DNA of 47,469 nucleotides, filler included, from Cladosporium halotolerans (Eukaryota): NCBI RefSeq assembly GCF_011745625.1. It is 2 parts of 2 records of this genome, joined end to end, with 100 filler letters (N's around TTAATTAATTAA, not from the genome) between each part and the next. Parts side by side here need not be neighbours in the genome. Positions count along the whole stretch, not along the records: positions 24,086 to 47,469 come from NW_027191544.1; 1 more part is not named here. One strand, 5' to 3'. Shown piece by piece: positions 47,213 to 47,469 of this stretch (position 1 is its first letter; each line of letters starts with the position of its first letter). The notes under the pieces were generated by a model. It saw only the letters and a program-made list of their open reading frames with translations, ran no database searches and was not told where the DNA came from. The position numbers and the translations under genes were made by a program.

Positions 47213-47469
47213 TAGCACCTAAAGGGCAACGCACTGTTTACGGGGTTGAAGATTGTTGAATTTATTGAAGAAAAAGCTATTCATCACGTAGATACTGTGC
47301 CTTCTAGGCATACCTGTCAATGGCTGCCGCTGTGCGCCCGCCGTCGCAGCCAGACGAGGGCGCGTCGCCCGCGTTGACGCGTCCAAGCCGACAACGCGTC
47401 TCACGCACCGAGGTCGACTATCGGAAACTGCATCGAGGAATTTCGGCAAAGGAGACAGCTCTGTCTCAA

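Noticed and set aside
1..47469. Starship captain (DUF3435 tyrosine recombinase) or element boundary
   Set aside because: The cargo is suggestive, but no captain-like ORF or convincing boundary repeat was recognised in the window.

Overview
Filamentous ascomycete (Pezizomycotina) genomic DNA with short GT-AG introns and CTRAC branch sites. The gene content looks like an accessory region or giant-element cargo rather than core chromosome. The window is two sequence pieces joined by an artificial 100-nt linker (44 N + TTAATTAATTAA + 44 N, 23986-24085), so adjacency across it is unproven. Left part: a short Zn2Cys6 gene between arms of a degenerate ~440-bp inverted duplication, a stand-alone HeLo-like (PF17111-type) protein, a PAQR pseudogene, a chromodomain protein, a CCCH zinc-finger pseudogene, a divergent TATA-binding protein (TBP) copy with a damaged first intron donor, an intact 742-aa Spok-family (spore-killer-like) protein, Ulp1-like and tyrosinase pseudogenes, and a gap-truncated GT31 gene. 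Right part: three more Zn2Cys6 genes (one intact NirA-like, two broken), an F-box pseudogene, an apparently intact SAM+HMG-box gene, hypothetical proteins, and a complete but inactivated Fot1/pogo transposon with TIRs. The most notable observation is an intact Spok-like nuclease/kinase gene lying tail-to-tail with a diverged TBP, among chromatin and transcription genes in an otherwise decaying block. No Starship captain (DUF3435 tyrosine recombinase) is recognisable. All family assignments come from reading motifs by eye; no database search was run.
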